The notes: a model not told the origin generated them from the letters alone. Counted from the stretch's first letter, positions 21,452 to 32,915 are shown. The stretch: 64,000 nucleotides of DNA from Flavobacteriales bacterium (GCA_025451235.1 JANWKT010000013.1:81317-145316); one strand, 5' to 3'. Program-made: numbers and translations.

Positions 21452-21880
21452 ATGAGGATCTGGTCGTTGCACCCCACTTATCTTGATGCAAAAGGTTTGG
21501 TTGCTCTGTGGAGAGAGACTTTACTGGCCAAACATGTATTGGAAGGAAAAACAAAAGGATATACAAATCATCCTCAGTTGGATCGTTTTAAAGAATCGAA
21601 GCGGCCTTTAGACTCTATTCATCAGTACTTATCCTACGTTCATGAAGAGGCGGTGCGGAGAGGCTATACATTTGATGAAGCAAAGTTCAACCGGGATTTT
21701 ATACCTGGAAAACTCACTGTTACAACAGGGCAACTGAATTTTGAAGTAAAACATTTATCGAATAAATTATTTATTCGCGACTTAGAAAAATATAAGCAGT
21801 TGAAATCAAAGAAGGCGGTGGAGCCTCATCCGTTATTCGAGATAGTGGAAGGTGAAATTGAAAAATGGGAGGTCGTATAA
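21452..21880 (+). CDS. Pyrimidine dimer DNA glycosylase / endonuclease V-like protein
   Basis: MRIWSLHPTYLDAKGLVALWRETLLA, GYTNHPQLDRF, EAVRRGY. Confidence 0.85.
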   Translation: MRIWSLHPTYLDAKGLVALWRETLLAKHVLEGKTKGYTNHPQLDRFKESKRPLDSIHQYLSYVHEEAVRRGYTFDEAKFNRDFIPGKLTVTTGQLNFEVKHLSNKLFIRDLEKYKQLKSKKAVEPHPLFEIVEGEIEKWEVV

Positions 21881-21897
21881 ATCGTGTATGAACAAGA

Positions 21898-22353
21898 TCA
21901 AAAACAGGCAACTGCTTTTACGAATATATCTTTGAGTTCAACCACCTTTGCTTCGTAATAATAAACCATGTTAGTGTCTTCAGTGGAAGTGGTCGCTGTT
22001 TTTTCCTGGAGAAATATTTTTGCCATCACTTTTATTTCAGGAGTTCCGCTAACGCAAGATGGTAATTTATCCCATACTTGTTGTTTATAGGTCTCGTCAA
22101 AATAAATATCCCTTCCATTCAATTCCTTGGGCCGATCTGTTCCATTATCCAGGATAGGCATACTGGCACCTCCACCCACCCAATCCGTTCCAATCAGGAA
22201 CACGGCATCTTGTGTATCGGTGGTTAATACGAAAGTTTCGGGCAGGTCGTTCCCTGTTCCAGGGGTTGATTGATCAGTCCGTGATTTTTTACTTCCACAC
22301 GAGATCAATAAAAAAGCAAATAAAAATAAAGCCGAGATCTTTTTAGTTCGCAT
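21898..22353 (-). CDS. Hypothetical lipoprotein
   Basis: Lipobox LLISC. Confidence 0.7.
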   Translation of the reverse strand: MRTKKISALFLFAFLLISCGSKKSRTDQSTPGTGNDLPETFVLTTDTQDAVFLIGTDWVGGGASMPILDNGTDRPKELNGRDIYFDETYKQQVWDKLPSCVSGTPEIKVMAKIFLQEKTATTSTEDTNMVYYYEAKVVELKDIFVKAVACF

Positions 22354-22372
22354 AATTATTTTTTTGTTGAGC

Positions 22373-22903
22373 TCATATATTTGAGCCTACTAAGCCGTAA
22401 TATACAACATCTATTAATTCGCCGGTATCTATTTTAAAATCATTTTTCAATATCCCTTCCTGCCGGAAACCGTTTTTTTCAGCTACCCGCCTACTGGCGG
22501 TATTATCTACGGGAATACGCATGAATATTTTTTGCATTTTTAACTCATCAAAACAATAACGGACAATTAAATTCAAGCATCCGGTGATGATCCCTTTTCC
22601 TTCATGATCACGGTCTATAAAAAAACCAAGTTCACATTTGGGAATATTCCAATCGATCTCTTTTAAAAAAATAACGCCCAGGATATTTTCTTTTTCTGTG
22701 ATAAGAAAAGTAAATGCTTCTTCTTTTTCTGCTTTACGGATCTTAAGATGGATCAACGCAGCCGTATCATCGATGCTTTTGGTGGAAGTAACGGTTGTCG
22801 GAAAATAGGTTGCTATCCGACTGCGGTTTTTATCGACCAAAGTAAAGTACGCCACTGCATCTTCCATATGTAGAGGCCTTATATGATAAGGACCCAAATT
22901 CAT
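22373..22903 (-). CDS. GNAT (RimJ/RimL-like) acetyltransferase
   Basis: CELGFFI, EGKGII, NTASRRVAEKNGF..EG. Confidence 0.88.
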   Translation of the reverse strand: MNLGPYHIRPLHMEDAVAYFTLVDKNRSRIATYFPTTVTSTKSIDDTAALIHLKIRKAEKEEAFTFLITEKENILGVIFLKEIDWNIPKCELGFFIDRDHEGKGIITGCLNLIVRYCFDELKMQKIFMRIPVDNTASRRVAEKNGFRQEGILKNDFKIDTGELIDVVYYGLVGSNI

Positions 22904-22954
22904 GACAGGCTTTTTATATTAAAACGTTGGGTGGAGCGGGATAGTTACAAAAAA

Positions 22955-23437
22955 TCAGGAAGTTAACAGGCTTTTAAGCAGACCTACCTGGCCTGAATGG
23001 TAGATATCATGTTGTACCAAACCGGAAAGCATGATCTTGTACTTGTACTTCGCTCCTGGAACGGGTTCATCCAGTTTGGCTGGATCAAAATTTTCAAGCA
23101 AGCCTAGCAATTCTTCCTGGGTTGCTTTGAGATCCGTTAGCATGTTATTCCAGATGCTGGTATCTATATCAGGTACCGGTGGCCAATCTGCCTCGGAACT
23201 GATTTCAATGGTATAATCCGCATTTCCTTTTAATTTCTCGATGGTGAATTTTCTCCAGGTAATGATGTGCATGAGATATTCTGCAATGTTTTTTCGAGAT
23301 ACCGACATTCGTTTAGAAGCAAGCTCAGGAGAAATTTTTTCCAGCTGTTCGATCAGGCTGGGGCCAAACCAAGGTGTACCATTAAAAGAATGTTTTAGCA
23401 GATTTTTGTATAACTGAATTTCATTTGTGGTGCTCAT
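22955..23437 (-). CDS. DinB family protein
   Basis: PWFGPSL, IAEYLMHIITW, QHDIYHSGQ. Confidence 0.85.
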   Translation of the reverse strand: MSTTNEIQLYKNLLKHSFNGTPWFGPSLIEQLEKISPELASKRMSVSRKNIAEYLMHIITWRKFTIEKLKGNADYTIEISSEADWPPVPDIDTSIWNNMLTDLKATQEELLGLLENFDPAKLDEPVPGAKYKYKIMLSGLVQHDIYHSGQVGLLKSLLTS

Positions 23438-23559
23438 AACAATGAGAATATGCATCAAGAATACGAATTTTTTTGCAGTCCTGACTCATGTCGGGAGCTG
23501 CCGAAAAACAGGTATGTTGTCCGAAATTGTTCAGGATGGTTGTGCCCTCACCTTGAATA

Positions 23560-24258
23560 TTAGTTTTGCACTGCTCTGGCAGCGGCCACTGCAATATCCA
23601 ATGCCTGGATAGCAAATGGTTGGGTATACATTTTATTGAGCCCTATGGTAGTAGAAGCATTGTTGTTATCCAGGGTGAGCTTGGTAAGATTCCCTTCCAT
23701 CCGAATATCGGTATATTTCCAGGTACTTAGCAACATTTTAAGTTCCTGTGATTGCATGAGTTTATGTGCAGCCGTTTCATCACCATAAAAGTTAACTCCT
23801 TTTCTAAACGACCCTCCATCAATATCTAATTGGGGCAGATCAGGTTTTTTACCAATAACCGCATCCTGAATGAACTGCGAGGTACTCCATAAACTGGGAG
23901 GATCATAAATGGCCAGTTGGGGAAATGGCATGGGACTCATTACTTCTACATGCAAAGTTGGGAATACCGAATGTTTGCCGTATACATTGCTTTTACCAGT
24001 GCTAATGGTTTTGTAAGCTGACATGGCATTCATATTTAACTTGTACTGTAATTTTACCTGGTACCCCTTGTACATTCCGGTTAGATGATCACCATTTACA
24101 CGTAGGCCTGTTCGTTGTGCAAGTTCAGGGAAAAAATTATTTGCTTTTTTGCGTCCTTTCCTGGCTTTACGAATTGCCAATGGAATGACAATAAGGGCAA
24201 TTAAAATAAAAAATCCGATGCTAAAATAGGGCATCATGTCTAACATACCTTGATCCAT
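23560..24258 (-). CDS. Hypothetical protein with N-terminal TM anchor
   Basis: 232-aa ORF, single N-terminal hydrophobic helix followed by basic residues. Confidence 0.7.
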   Translation of the reverse strand: MDQGMLDMMPYFSIGFFILIALIVIPLAIRKARKGRKKANNFFPELAQRTGLRVNGDHLTGMYKGYQVKLQYKLNMNAMSAYKTISTGKSNVYGKHSVFPTLHVEVMSPMPFPQLAIYDPPSLWSTSQFIQDAVIGKKPDLPQLDIDGGSFRKGVNFYGDETAAHKLMQSQELKMLLSTWKYTDIRMEGNLTKLTLDNNNASTTIGLNKMYTQPFAIQALDIAVAAARAVQN

Positions 24259-24362
24259 AAAGTTTAAGTTTTGTTGTACACACAGCTACCAGCCGTTTGT
24301 ACAGGGTTTATAGTTATAATGCAATATAAATAAAAAAAATGATTTGCAAATGGTGTACCAAA

Positions 24363-24402
24363 AAAAGCCGGTATCCCGAAACCTATCGGAATACCGGCTT
24401 TT
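24363..24402 (-). terminator. Terminator after large T9SS gene
   Basis: aaaagccggtat...ataccggctttt stem. Confidence 0.75.
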
Positions 24403-24419
24403 CCGGTAAAAATTAAAAC

Positions 24420-27400
24420 CTATTTTTTAATGAACCTCAGCATGGCTGAATTTCCATTGGCTGTGATACGCATCATATACATACCAGCCCTTAATTGTTC
24501 CAGATGGAAGATCTCATTAAATGTTCCTTCTACCATTCCAGGTTTCCAGTTGGAGATGATACTCCCTTTCATATCCATGAGATCAATCACTAGATTTTCT
24601 GTTTCAAGTCCATTGATATTCAAATGAAGAATACCATCGGATGGATTGGGATATAAAAGAATGGTTGCCGGGAATCCATCTGGATTAAACACTCCCGAAG
24701 TGAAGTTAACCATAATGGTATCCGAATCGGTACACCCGTTAGCATCTGTTACCGTAACAAAATAGATCCCGTTGGTAGTTGCATTAATGGTTTGTGTGGT
24801 GCTACCGTCATTCCAAAAATAGGAAGAGAAACCTGCACCTGCATCAAGCAATGCCGGAGGATTGGCTTGAACAATATCAGCGCCTAAATTAACGGTGGGT
24901 AAAGAGTTCACTACAATAGGCGCAGTGGTTGTATTGGAACAACCATTTACATCTGTTCCAGTTACCGTATAAGTTTGGGAAGATACCGCAGAGAATGCTA
25001 CACCATCGGTTATACCTCCCGACCAAACATAAGATGCAGCTCCTGTACCATTCAATGTGAGGTTCGTTCCGAAGCAAACGGTATCATCGGGTGAAGCAAT
25101 ATATCCAACAACTGGAAGTGGATTTACAGTCACCGTAATGGTATCATTGTTTGAACATGCATTCGTATCCGTACCAGTTACAATATAGCTGAGTGTTCCG
25201 CCAGGAATAAAGCCAACTGCATCGGTTACACCATTATTCCAGGAATATGAAAGAGCACCGCTTCCGGTAAGTGTAACGGAATCACCAGCACATATTGGAT
25301 TGTTACTGGTAGTTGCTACTACCAACGGAAGGGCATTAACAGTAATGGTAATGGTTGCACAAGCACCCGGAGAAGGACATCCACCTTCACCGCGAACAAA
25401 ATAGTCGGTTGTGACAGACGGATTTACTACAATGGAAGTTCCTGTATCAACGGGAGAACCTCCACAGCTTCCATTATACCATTGCCACATGGCTGATTCG
25501 TTTAACGAACCAACGGTGATGGATAAGATGGTACTATCCCCACTACAAATGGTATCTATGGATGTGGAAACCGTAGGTGTATTTGCTAATTCACAATTTT
25601 CATCGGCACCCATATCAGGGGCTATTAAACTCCTGAGTTCACAATCTATATCATCGGTAATACCAGGAATGGGTGTTCCAGTACCAATCAGGCCGGGATT
25701 ACTTCCCACTAACAAGTGAAGATCCGTAGCACTGGTAAATACTGGTACGATATTCAATGAGTTCGCATCCTGGTTAGGGGTGAAAGTAGTTTGCCATGCA
25801 GCCAGCGTAGTTACTTGAGGAATGGCGCCACCTGTATTTCCCAAACCAAAAAGTACGTTTTGTGTGTTGGAGGTATTGATCGCATAATCATTATAGTTAC
25901 TGATTCCCCATACGTAAGCAGCTGAAGGAGCCACCACTGAGAAGTTAACCAGTGTAGAAGTATTAGAGGCTTCATCCACATATATTATATTATCTTCAAA
26001 GATGGTGTTGACCGCGGCTGCCTGAAGACGAACACCCATATCGGATTCGGTGGCAGTTGTTGATCCGGCGGGATCGCGATCTGCCGTTACCATATAAATG
26101 GTATTGTACACGATCTGGTCTCCATTTCCACTCGATGCATTGATGCCAATACCCTGGTCGGATGCTGTTCCATTTGCCCTTACATTATAGATGAAATTGT
26201 TGGCTATGATATTATTGGTAGCAGTTCCATTAGGTGTGGCAATGGATATCCCAATGGCTGCAAATGTTTTTTCACAAACAATGTCATGAACCGTGTTTTT
26301 AGAAACAGTAGTATTGGTAATATTAGTAGCAGTCGGTGTAGGTCCATTCTCGCCACCAAGGCCAATTCCGATATGATCTGTACCTCCCACCGATTGTGAA
26401 ATTTGGTTACCTACAAAACGAACTTCATTTGCATTGACAGTTGCACTGTCCTGGTGTTGAAGGATGATCCCACCTCTTCTAATTTGAGTAGACCCAAATG
26501 CTGATGGACCCACCAGGTTTTGACGAATGATATTACCATTATTAGATGAACTGGCACCACCTCTGAAGAAAATTCCCCAGGCCGATCGGGTGATCTCATT
26601 ATTTTCAATCAGGTTTGCATCATTGCCAACTCCATCAGGAGGAGGCAAGCCCACAATGGTTGATCCGCAGGAAACAATACAAAAGTTTTCAGTTGCTGTT
26701 GTACTTTGATCCACTCCATTGTTCATGATACAATTCTTGATCGTATTGTTGGTTGCTCCCGCAGATGCACCTAAGGATGATAGCCAGATCACCGCTGTAG
26801 AAGAAGCGGTGCTTGTATTGGAAATGGTAAGGTCCCTTGAAGCAGATACGACGGGGGGACATGAGCTATTAACTGTTGACCCAATGGAACCATCAATCGT
26901 AATATAATCTGCACCATTTAATCGAAGGATGGATGAAGTGGAACTTCCGGTAATGATCGTTCCGGTATTTGCCGGTTTAATAGTAAGTGTATTCACAGCG
27001 CTTGCATCCGGATTTACATTGATACTGATCGGAAAGGTTTCACCGGCACTATAATTCAGATCGGTTAGCAGGAAAGTAATAGGTCCTCCTAAACAAGATG
27101 TATTATAAGCATTCACTGCCTGGGTTAAAGTGGTATAGGTTTGTCCTGCTCCTACATTATAGGTACCCGATAATGTGCCACTGATGGCATATGTATTTGG
27201 GGTAGTTGGAGGTGTGGTAACATTATTTACATCGGTTGCAACCAAACCGGCACCAGGACTAGCTCCGATATTAGGAGTAGAGGCTATATCCTGTGCGATT
27301 ACATAATAGGAAACCATATCACCTACCACCAGTCCTCCCATAGTGGCGGCTGTAATGCTAAAATCCCATGTTCCGTTGGTAGCTGTTCCAGCAGTAAGCG

Positions 27401-30053
27401 TACCCTGATTTGAAAACCATGAGCCTGCATTCTTGCGGAAGTAGATCCTGGGTTGTAAAGCGCCAGCAGTGGGCACCCCTTCTATATCTGTAATGGTAGA
27501 TGTTAAAGTTCTGTCACCGGTGAGGCATGTAAATGTAAGTGGCGTATATGTGATAGTTGGTGGCACTCCTGGAACGGCATCAGTTTCATCTGCTCCGATA
27601 TCAGGTGAAGTAGCACCGCCATTTACTGAACCAGCAGGACCCGGGCGTGTCTGACCATCAATATCAGTAGTGATACTTCCAATTGTTTGTCCACCCGATT
27701 CAATCGGAGTGGGTGTAAGTCCCATGTTCAGGTGTAAATCACTCGCAGCATTTATATAGGTAACCGTAATACCGGAATAGCTGGCGGCATCGCATGAACT
27801 GGTAGTTTGCCAATTGCCGAATGTAAGCGCTGAGGTCCAATATCCTACGGTTGATGCTGCAGCATTAAGTACATTGTTGTTTGTGTTTCCCGCAGCCCAA
27901 CCGGTGGCTGAGGATGTACCTCCAAAATTATTGGAAATGGCAAAATGGCTGCCTGTACCGCCAGTGCGTGTATTGGTAAAAATATTATTCCGAATATTCA
28001 CAGTAACGGTCGGAGAAGTTGTAAATGTGCCTCGTTGAAAGCAGAAACTTGAAAGTGCACCAGCTGTTGCGGTTCCGGTAACATTTACAGTATTGTAATA
28101 AATATTGTCGATTGGATCAGGTGTTGAACCGTGGTTTGCAAAGATGCCCACAAAAGCGGTATTGGTGGTTTGCCCTGTGCCGATAGAGATCATGTTGTTA
28201 TGAACATTGGCTGCGGTGGTTCCGGATCTGATCAAAATACCTGTTACCACAGGAGGGGCGGTTGCTGTGGTTCCTGTTCCCGCATTGGATAGATCGTAGA
28301 TCACATTATTAAAAGTGGAAGTATTCGTGGCCTGTGCCATAGCAATTCCTGCGACAACAATATTGGTCGTACCAGTATTGATATTCGAAACACCATGTAT
28401 GGTGTTGCCAGAAATAGTTGCATTCATCCCGGAAGCAAGGTGGATGCCAGCGGCCGAAACATTTCCACTGGTATATCCTGTCAATGAGCTTGAAGTGGTC
28501 ATGAAGCGAACGGTGTTCCCCGAAATGGTTGAATTGGAGCTACCGGTGGTGGCAGTAAAAAATCCTCTTACATACCCAGTAGTACCGGTTCCATAAGAAG
28601 AAAAGTTCTGAATGGTATTATTGGAAACCAATAAGTTGACCGCAGAAGAAGAAGCATTGATCCCAGCTCCTAGAGAAGAACCAGTAGTAACACCCAAAAC
28701 ACCAGCCACCATATTATTTGGAATTGTATTTCCGATAGTATTTCCTGAAATGGTCATTGAATTGGTAACACCGGATATATTGATACCAAAAACAGCTCCA
28801 GCCACCGCTGCTGTCACTCCAGCGGATTGTAAACCACCTATGATATTGTTCTGAATGGAAATTACACCGGTAGAAGAAGAATTGATACCTACCACAGCTC
28901 CCTGTGTAGTGGTGGGAGTTCCAACTAAAGATCCTGTAGCGGCTGCGGATCCGATCACATTGGGAGTGATGGTCCCCACATTTATATTCCCGCTGGTCAT
29001 ATTGATCCCGCATAAGATCCCATTCGCAGTAGCTGCCCCACTTGAAGTTCCGAGATTGATGGATGCAATCGTGTTTCCCTGAACCGAGGTTGCCGTAGTG
29101 GTTCCTACTGCCAGATCAATTCCAATAAAACGGGTTGCAATGGTACCGGTCATGGTATAAGTTCCTGTTCCACCTGATGTGGCAAAACCAATTATATTGT
29201 TTAAGACGGAGTGATTATTTCCTGAAGAAATTTGAATGGCGCGGTGCGTATTTCCCGTGGTATAGGTTCGGGTTGCTCCCTGATAAAACCTGCACCCGGT
29301 AATGGTCCAATCAGTATTTGCAGCTGCGGCCAATACTCCGCAGGAAACTGACGATGCATTGAAATAGTTGGGAATATTACAATTGCTGATGGTGATATGG
29401 TTATTTTCCTGACCTGCAGTTCCGGCAGAGTAAATTCCGTTTACCGGAAAGTTTGCACCACTGGCATCGATGGTACATGTGCTGAAACCGATACTATCAT
29501 TTCCTCCAATACCAGCACTGGTTGAAATGAAAATAGTTCCGGAAGTGGTGGATGTATTTGCCCCGAGAATCGTGCAATTCTGAACCGCATTTACTTCTGA
29601 ATCATTGATATATCGGATCGTAGAGGCAGTACCGGTGTTTGTATTTTCAATGGTAAGAGAATTACCTCCTGAATTTACCCCGTTGATCAAGACCCGATCT
29701 GCTCCGTTAAAATCAATCAACGGACCAGCTACTGATCCTGTGATGGTACGTGCAGCACCACCAGCGGGTGCAATGGTTACGGCAAGCCAGGTGTTTTGAT
29801 TGAGGGTGGCTGTTGTTGGTTCGACTGTATTTCCTATAATGGAAATAACAATATTTGCACCTGGCTGAGCACCGGCATTGATGGCGGTAAAAGCTGCATT
29901 CAGATTAGCATACAATCCATTCCCAACGATGGCTCCAGATACATTCACGTTTTGAGCGAAGGATATATGCTTACACATAAAAATAATGGCGATCAATAAA
30001 GCCATTTTAAGACCAGGCATAGTGTGTTCCCTGGAGTAAAAAGATCTTTTCAT
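24420..30053 (-). CDS. Large T9SS-secreted protein with two parallel beta-helix-like regions and Ig-like repeats
   Basis: 1877 aa; repeated (I/V)xGNTI motifs, PDIGADE/PDMGADE, C-terminal LYPNPS...GMYMMRI...RFIKK sorting domain. Confidence 0.85.
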   Translation of the reverse strand: MKRSFYSREHTMPGLKMALLIAIIFMCKHISFAQNVNVSGAIVGNGLYANLNAAFTAINAGAQPGANIVISIIGNTVEPTTATLNQNTWLAVTIAPAGGAARTITGSVAGPLIDFNGADRVLINGVNSGGNSLTIENTNTGTASTIRYINDSEVNAVQNCTILGANTSTTSGTIFISTSAGIGGNDSIGFSTCTIDASGANFPVNGIYSAGTAGQENNHITISNCNIPNYFNASSVSCGVLAAAANTDWTITGCRFYQGATRTYTTGNTHRAIQISSGNNHSVLNNIIGFATSGGTGTYTMTGTIATRFIGIDLAVGTTTATSVQGNTIASINLGTSSGAATANGILCGINMTSGNINVGTITPNVIGSAAATGSLVGTPTTTQGAVVGINSSSTGVISIQNNIIGGLQSAGVTAAVAGAVFGINISGVTNSMTISGNTIGNTIPNNMVAGVLGVTTGSSLGAGINASSSAVNLLVSNNTIQNFSSYGTGTTGYVRGFFTATTGSSNSTISGNTVRFMTTSSSLTGYTSGNVSAAGIHLASGMNATISGNTIHGVSNINTGTTNIVVAGIAMAQATNTSTFNNVIYDLSNAGTGTTATAPPVVTGILIRSGTTAANVHNNMISIGTGQTTNTAFVGIFANHGSTPDPIDNIYYNTVNVTGTATAGALSSFCFQRGTFTTSPTVTVNIRNNIFTNTRTGGTGSHFAISNNFGGTSSATGWAAGNTNNNVLNAAASTVGYWTSALTFGNWQTTSSCDAASYSGITVTYINAASDLHLNMGLTPTPIESGGQTIGSITTDIDGQTRPGPAGSVNGGATSPDIGADETDAVPGVPPTITYTPLTFTCLTGDRTLTSTITDIEGVPTAGALQPRIYFRKNAGSWFSNQGTLTAGTATNGTWDFSITAATMGGLVVGDMVSYYVIAQDIASTPNIGASPGAGLVATDVNNVTTPPTTPNTYAISGTLSGTYNVGAGQTYTTLTQAVNAYNTSCLGGPITFLLTDLNYSAGETFPISINVNPDASAVNTLTIKPANTGTIITGSSTSSILRLNGADYITIDGSIGSTVNSSCPPVVSASRDLTISNTSTASSTAVIWLSSLGASAGATNNTIKNCIMNNGVDQSTTATENFCIVSCGSTIVGLPPPDGVGNDANLIENNEITRSAWGIFFRGGASSSNNGNIIRQNLVGPSAFGSTQIRRGGIILQHQDSATVNANEVRFVGNQISQSVGGTDHIGIGLGGENGPTPTATNITNTTVSKNTVHDIVCEKTFAAIGISIATPNGTATNNIIANNFIYNVRANGTASDQGIGINASSGNGDQIVYNTIYMVTADRDPAGSTTATESDMGVRLQAAAVNTIFEDNIIYVDEASNTSTLVNFSVVAPSAAYVWGISNYNDYAINTSNTQNVLFGLGNTGGAIPQVTTLAAWQTTFTPNQDANSLNIVPVFTSATDLHLLVGSNPGLIGTGTPIPGITDDIDCELRSLIAPDMGADENCELANTPTVSTSIDTICSGDSTILSITVGSLNESAMWQWYNGSCGGSPVDTGTSIVVNPSVTTDYFVRGEGGCPSPGACATITITVNALPLVVATTSNNPICAGDSVTLTGSGALSYSWNNGVTDAVGFIPGGTLSYIVTGTDTNACSNNDTITVTVNPLPVVGYIASPDDTVCFGTNLTLNGTGAASYVWSGGITDGVAFSAVSSQTYTVTGTDVNGCSNTTTAPIVVNSLPTVNLGADIVQANPPALLDAGAGFSSYFWNDGSTTQTINATTNGIYFVTVTDANGCTDSDTIMVNFTSGVFNPDGFPATILLYPNPSDGILHLNINGLETENLVIDLMDMKGSIISNWKPGMVEGTFNEIFHLEQLRAGMYMMRITANGNSAMLRFIKK

Positions 30054-30218
30054 AAATTGGTTTTTCGATTTGTTTAGATATGCAATTTAATAACTTTTTA
30101 ATTAGATAGGTGCGGTAGTGTGACAAAAATAGGGGGCTGATTATTTAATCATATCTATTTGCAAATGAGCATAATAAAAAAATCCGGTAAAATTTTACCG
30201 AGTTTCCAGGAATAAATC

Positions 30219-32915
30219 TCACCTATTTTTTATAAATCTTAGCATGGCTGAATTTCCATTGGCCTTTGCCCTTATTATATACATACCGGCGCTTAATTCA
30301 CCTAGGTCATATACCTTGCTAAAAGATCCGGATATTTTTTCGGGGTTGAATATGCTAACCACACTTCCATAGATATTCATGATATCTATTTCAAGATTTT
30401 CTGTTTCCAGATCCTGTATATTGAGTTGAACCAATCCATCCGTTGGATTAGGAAACAATTGTATCTGTATATGATCTATCATATCCTGGATTCCAACATT
30501 ATCGATATTCACGCAGGCAGAAGTATCGGAGCAACCATTGATCGTTATGACCACCGAATAATCCCCATTGGCAGTAGCCATAAAACTTTGAGAAGTTTCA
30601 CCTACCAGAGGAGCGTTGCCGTTGTTGCAATCCAGCCATTGGTAAGAAGTAGCAAAGGCATTGGCTGTTATGGTAACGCCTGAAAGTTGGGTGGTGTTAT
30701 CAATGATAGGAGCCACCGTTAAGGTGGTAATGATGATGCTGTCGCAACCAAATATATTGGTCAGGGAATCCGTATAGGTACCGTTGGTGTTGTAAGTATT
30801 TGATCCCACGGTATAACTTTCACCGAAGCAAATATCAATATTCTGGTTAATAGGATTTGGTGGATCGATCGTTACAATTGCACTGCACGTAGAAACATTT
30901 CCATTGTTATCTGTTACGGTTAACATCGCAGGATTAGCCCCCACATTGGCACAACTGAAAGTATTGGGTGAAACAACCAATGTGGCAATTCCACATATAT
31001 CCGTACTTCCATTGTCTACCATTGATCCCGTAATGGTGGCTGTGCCATTGGCACCCAAAGCAACGGTAATATTTTGACAAACGGCGTTGGGTTGTATTGT
31101 ATCCATCACAGTTACCGTGCTTGTACAAGTAGCCGTATTTCCATTTACGTCTGTAACCGTAAGCACTACTGAATTCGCCCCTACATCCGCACAGGTAAAT
31201 GCAGTTGTATTTGCGCTTAAGCTTGCGATCCCACATACATCCGAGCTTCCGTTGTTCAGCATGGCGGCGGTGATCACGGCATTTCCCGTTGCATCCAGAT
31301 AGACAGTTAGGTTTTGACATGCTACCGATGGTGCTATATTATCCACAATTGTAACGGTGGAGGTGCAGGTGGAAAAGTTTCCACTATTGTCGGTAATGGT
31401 TAAGGTAACGGTATTGGTTCCTACGTTAGCGCAGGTAAATGAGTTTGGACTTACATTAAAACCTGCCATTGCGCAATTGTCAGATGATCCATTGTCTATG
31501 GTGGCAAAACCAATACTGGCATTTCCCGTTGCATCCAAATTAACCGTAGCATTCTGGCAAATAACTACAGGGTCAAGTGTATCTAAAACGGTGACCTGCG
31601 AAATACAGGTGGAAGTATTTCCATTGTTATCCGTAACGGTAAGGGTGAACGGAATGGTTGCTCCCAAATTTATGCAGGCAATAGCATTGGGGTTCGCACT
31701 TAGTGACAAAATCCCGCATGCATCTGAACTTCCATTGTTGAGCATCGCTCCGGTAATGGTTGACAAACCCGAAGGGCCTATATAAGCATTTATATTTTGG
31801 CAAACGGCAGTGGGAGTTATATTGTCAACTACAGTAACTGTTGCATTACAAGTAGAAGTGTTTCCGCTATTATCTGTTACCGTAAGTGTAACGGTATTGG
31901 CACCTACATTGGCGCAGGTAAAGCTGGTGGGAGCTGCATTCAAACTGGCGATTCCACATGCGTCCGAACTTCCGTTATTGATCATCGCACCAGTGATACT
32001 GGCGTTGCCTGATCCATTCAGGTTCACTGAAATATTCTGACAAACAGCTGTTGGAGCAACGATGTCTGCATTGCCCGTTCCCTGAATGGCATAATCGTAG
32101 GTTGCCTCATCACAATCATCATTGAAAACATTTACAGTTGCTTGTCTTGAACCAGCGGCAGAAGGATCAAAAGTTACCTGGAAAATAGCTGAGCTGGCAG
32201 CTGCAATGGTTGCAGGTGGTGCAAGCGTTACTGTAAAATCAGACGCATGTAACCCGGTAATGCTGGTTCCAGAAATATTCAAAGTATTGGTTCCTGTATT
32301 TTGAATGGTATATGTTCTCGTATTGGTCCCTGTGCAAACTAAAATCGGTCCGAAACCTGTATGGTTACTTCCTGATGGAGTTAATTGTCCGTCCGGAATA
32401 TTATTTGAATTCCCTTGAATATTTACTTCCGGATCTGATCCTGTTCCTTGTATCGCATAATCATAAGCAGCTTCATCTGGGTCATTGCTATTAATGGTAA
32501 TGGTAGCCGTTCTTAATCCGGCAGCAGATGGATCGAAGCTCACCTGAAAAGTGGTGGAGAATCCTGGATTTATCAATGAAGCCGGAGATGAAGTAACTGT
32601 AAAATCAGCAGCATGTGCTCCACTTATTACTACTGAGGTTATACTTAATGTGAGAAACCCTATATTTTGAATGGTAAAGGTTCTAACAACGGTTCCACTG
32701 CAAGTGGTGGTAACTCCAAAGTCAGTATGATCGCTGATGGAAGGACTTAGATCACCATCTATAATAGTAATGCTGTTGCCTTGCACGTTAATGTCCGCCG
32801 GTCCTCCAAATGGAGGATTCATGTAACCAGGATTGGTTGGCCATTTGGATGGGTTGGCAAAGGCTTCAATAGATATGCAAAAGAGGAGAAGAAAAAATGG
32901 AATGATTTTTTTCAT
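30219..32915 (-). CDS. T9SS-secreted protein with choice-of-anchor-D-like and HYR-like repeats
   Basis: Two DHTDFG/NHTGFG...FTIQN..G modules, five PxAxCQN...NGSSDxCG...TVTDxxGN repeats, FPNPT C-terminal domain. Confidence 0.85.
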   Translation of the reverse strand: MKKIIPFFLLLFCISIEAFANPSKWPTNPGYMNPPFGGPADINVQGNSITIIDGDLSPSISDHTDFGVTTTCSGTVVRTFTIQNIGFLTLSITSVVISGAHAADFTVTSSPASLINPGFSTTFQVSFDPSAAGLRTATITINSNDPDEAAYDYAIQGTGSDPEVNIQGNSNNIPDGQLTPSGSNHTGFGPILVCTGTNTRTYTIQNTGTNTLNISGTSITGLHASDFTVTLAPPATIAAASSAIFQVTFDPSAAGSRQATVNVFNDDCDEATYDYAIQGTGNADIVAPTAVCQNISVNLNGSGNASITGAMINNGSSDACGIASLNAAPTSFTCANVGANTVTLTVTDNSGNTSTCNATVTVVDNITPTAVCQNINAYIGPSGLSTITGAMLNNGSSDACGILSLSANPNAIACINLGATIPFTLTVTDNNGNTSTCISQVTVLDTLDPVVICQNATVNLDATGNASIGFATIDNGSSDNCAMAGFNVSPNSFTCANVGTNTVTLTITDNSGNFSTCTSTVTIVDNIAPSVACQNLTVYLDATGNAVITAAMLNNGSSDVCGIASLSANTTAFTCADVGANSVVLTVTDVNGNTATCTSTVTVMDTIQPNAVCQNITVALGANGTATITGSMVDNGSTDICGIATLVVSPNTFSCANVGANPAMLTVTDNNGNVSTCSAIVTIDPPNPINQNIDICFGESYTVGSNTYNTNGTYTDSLTNIFGCDSIIITTLTVAPIIDNTTQLSGVTITANAFATSYQWLDCNNGNAPLVGETSQSFMATANGDYSVVITINGCSDTSACVNIDNVGIQDMIDHIQIQLFPNPTDGLVQLNIQDLETENLEIDIMNIYGSVVSIFNPEKISGSFSKVYDLGELSAGMYIIRAKANGNSAMLRFIKNR

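Noticed and set aside
24430..32494. Many short plus-strand ORFs
   Set aside because: Antisense shadows of the two long T9SS genes.
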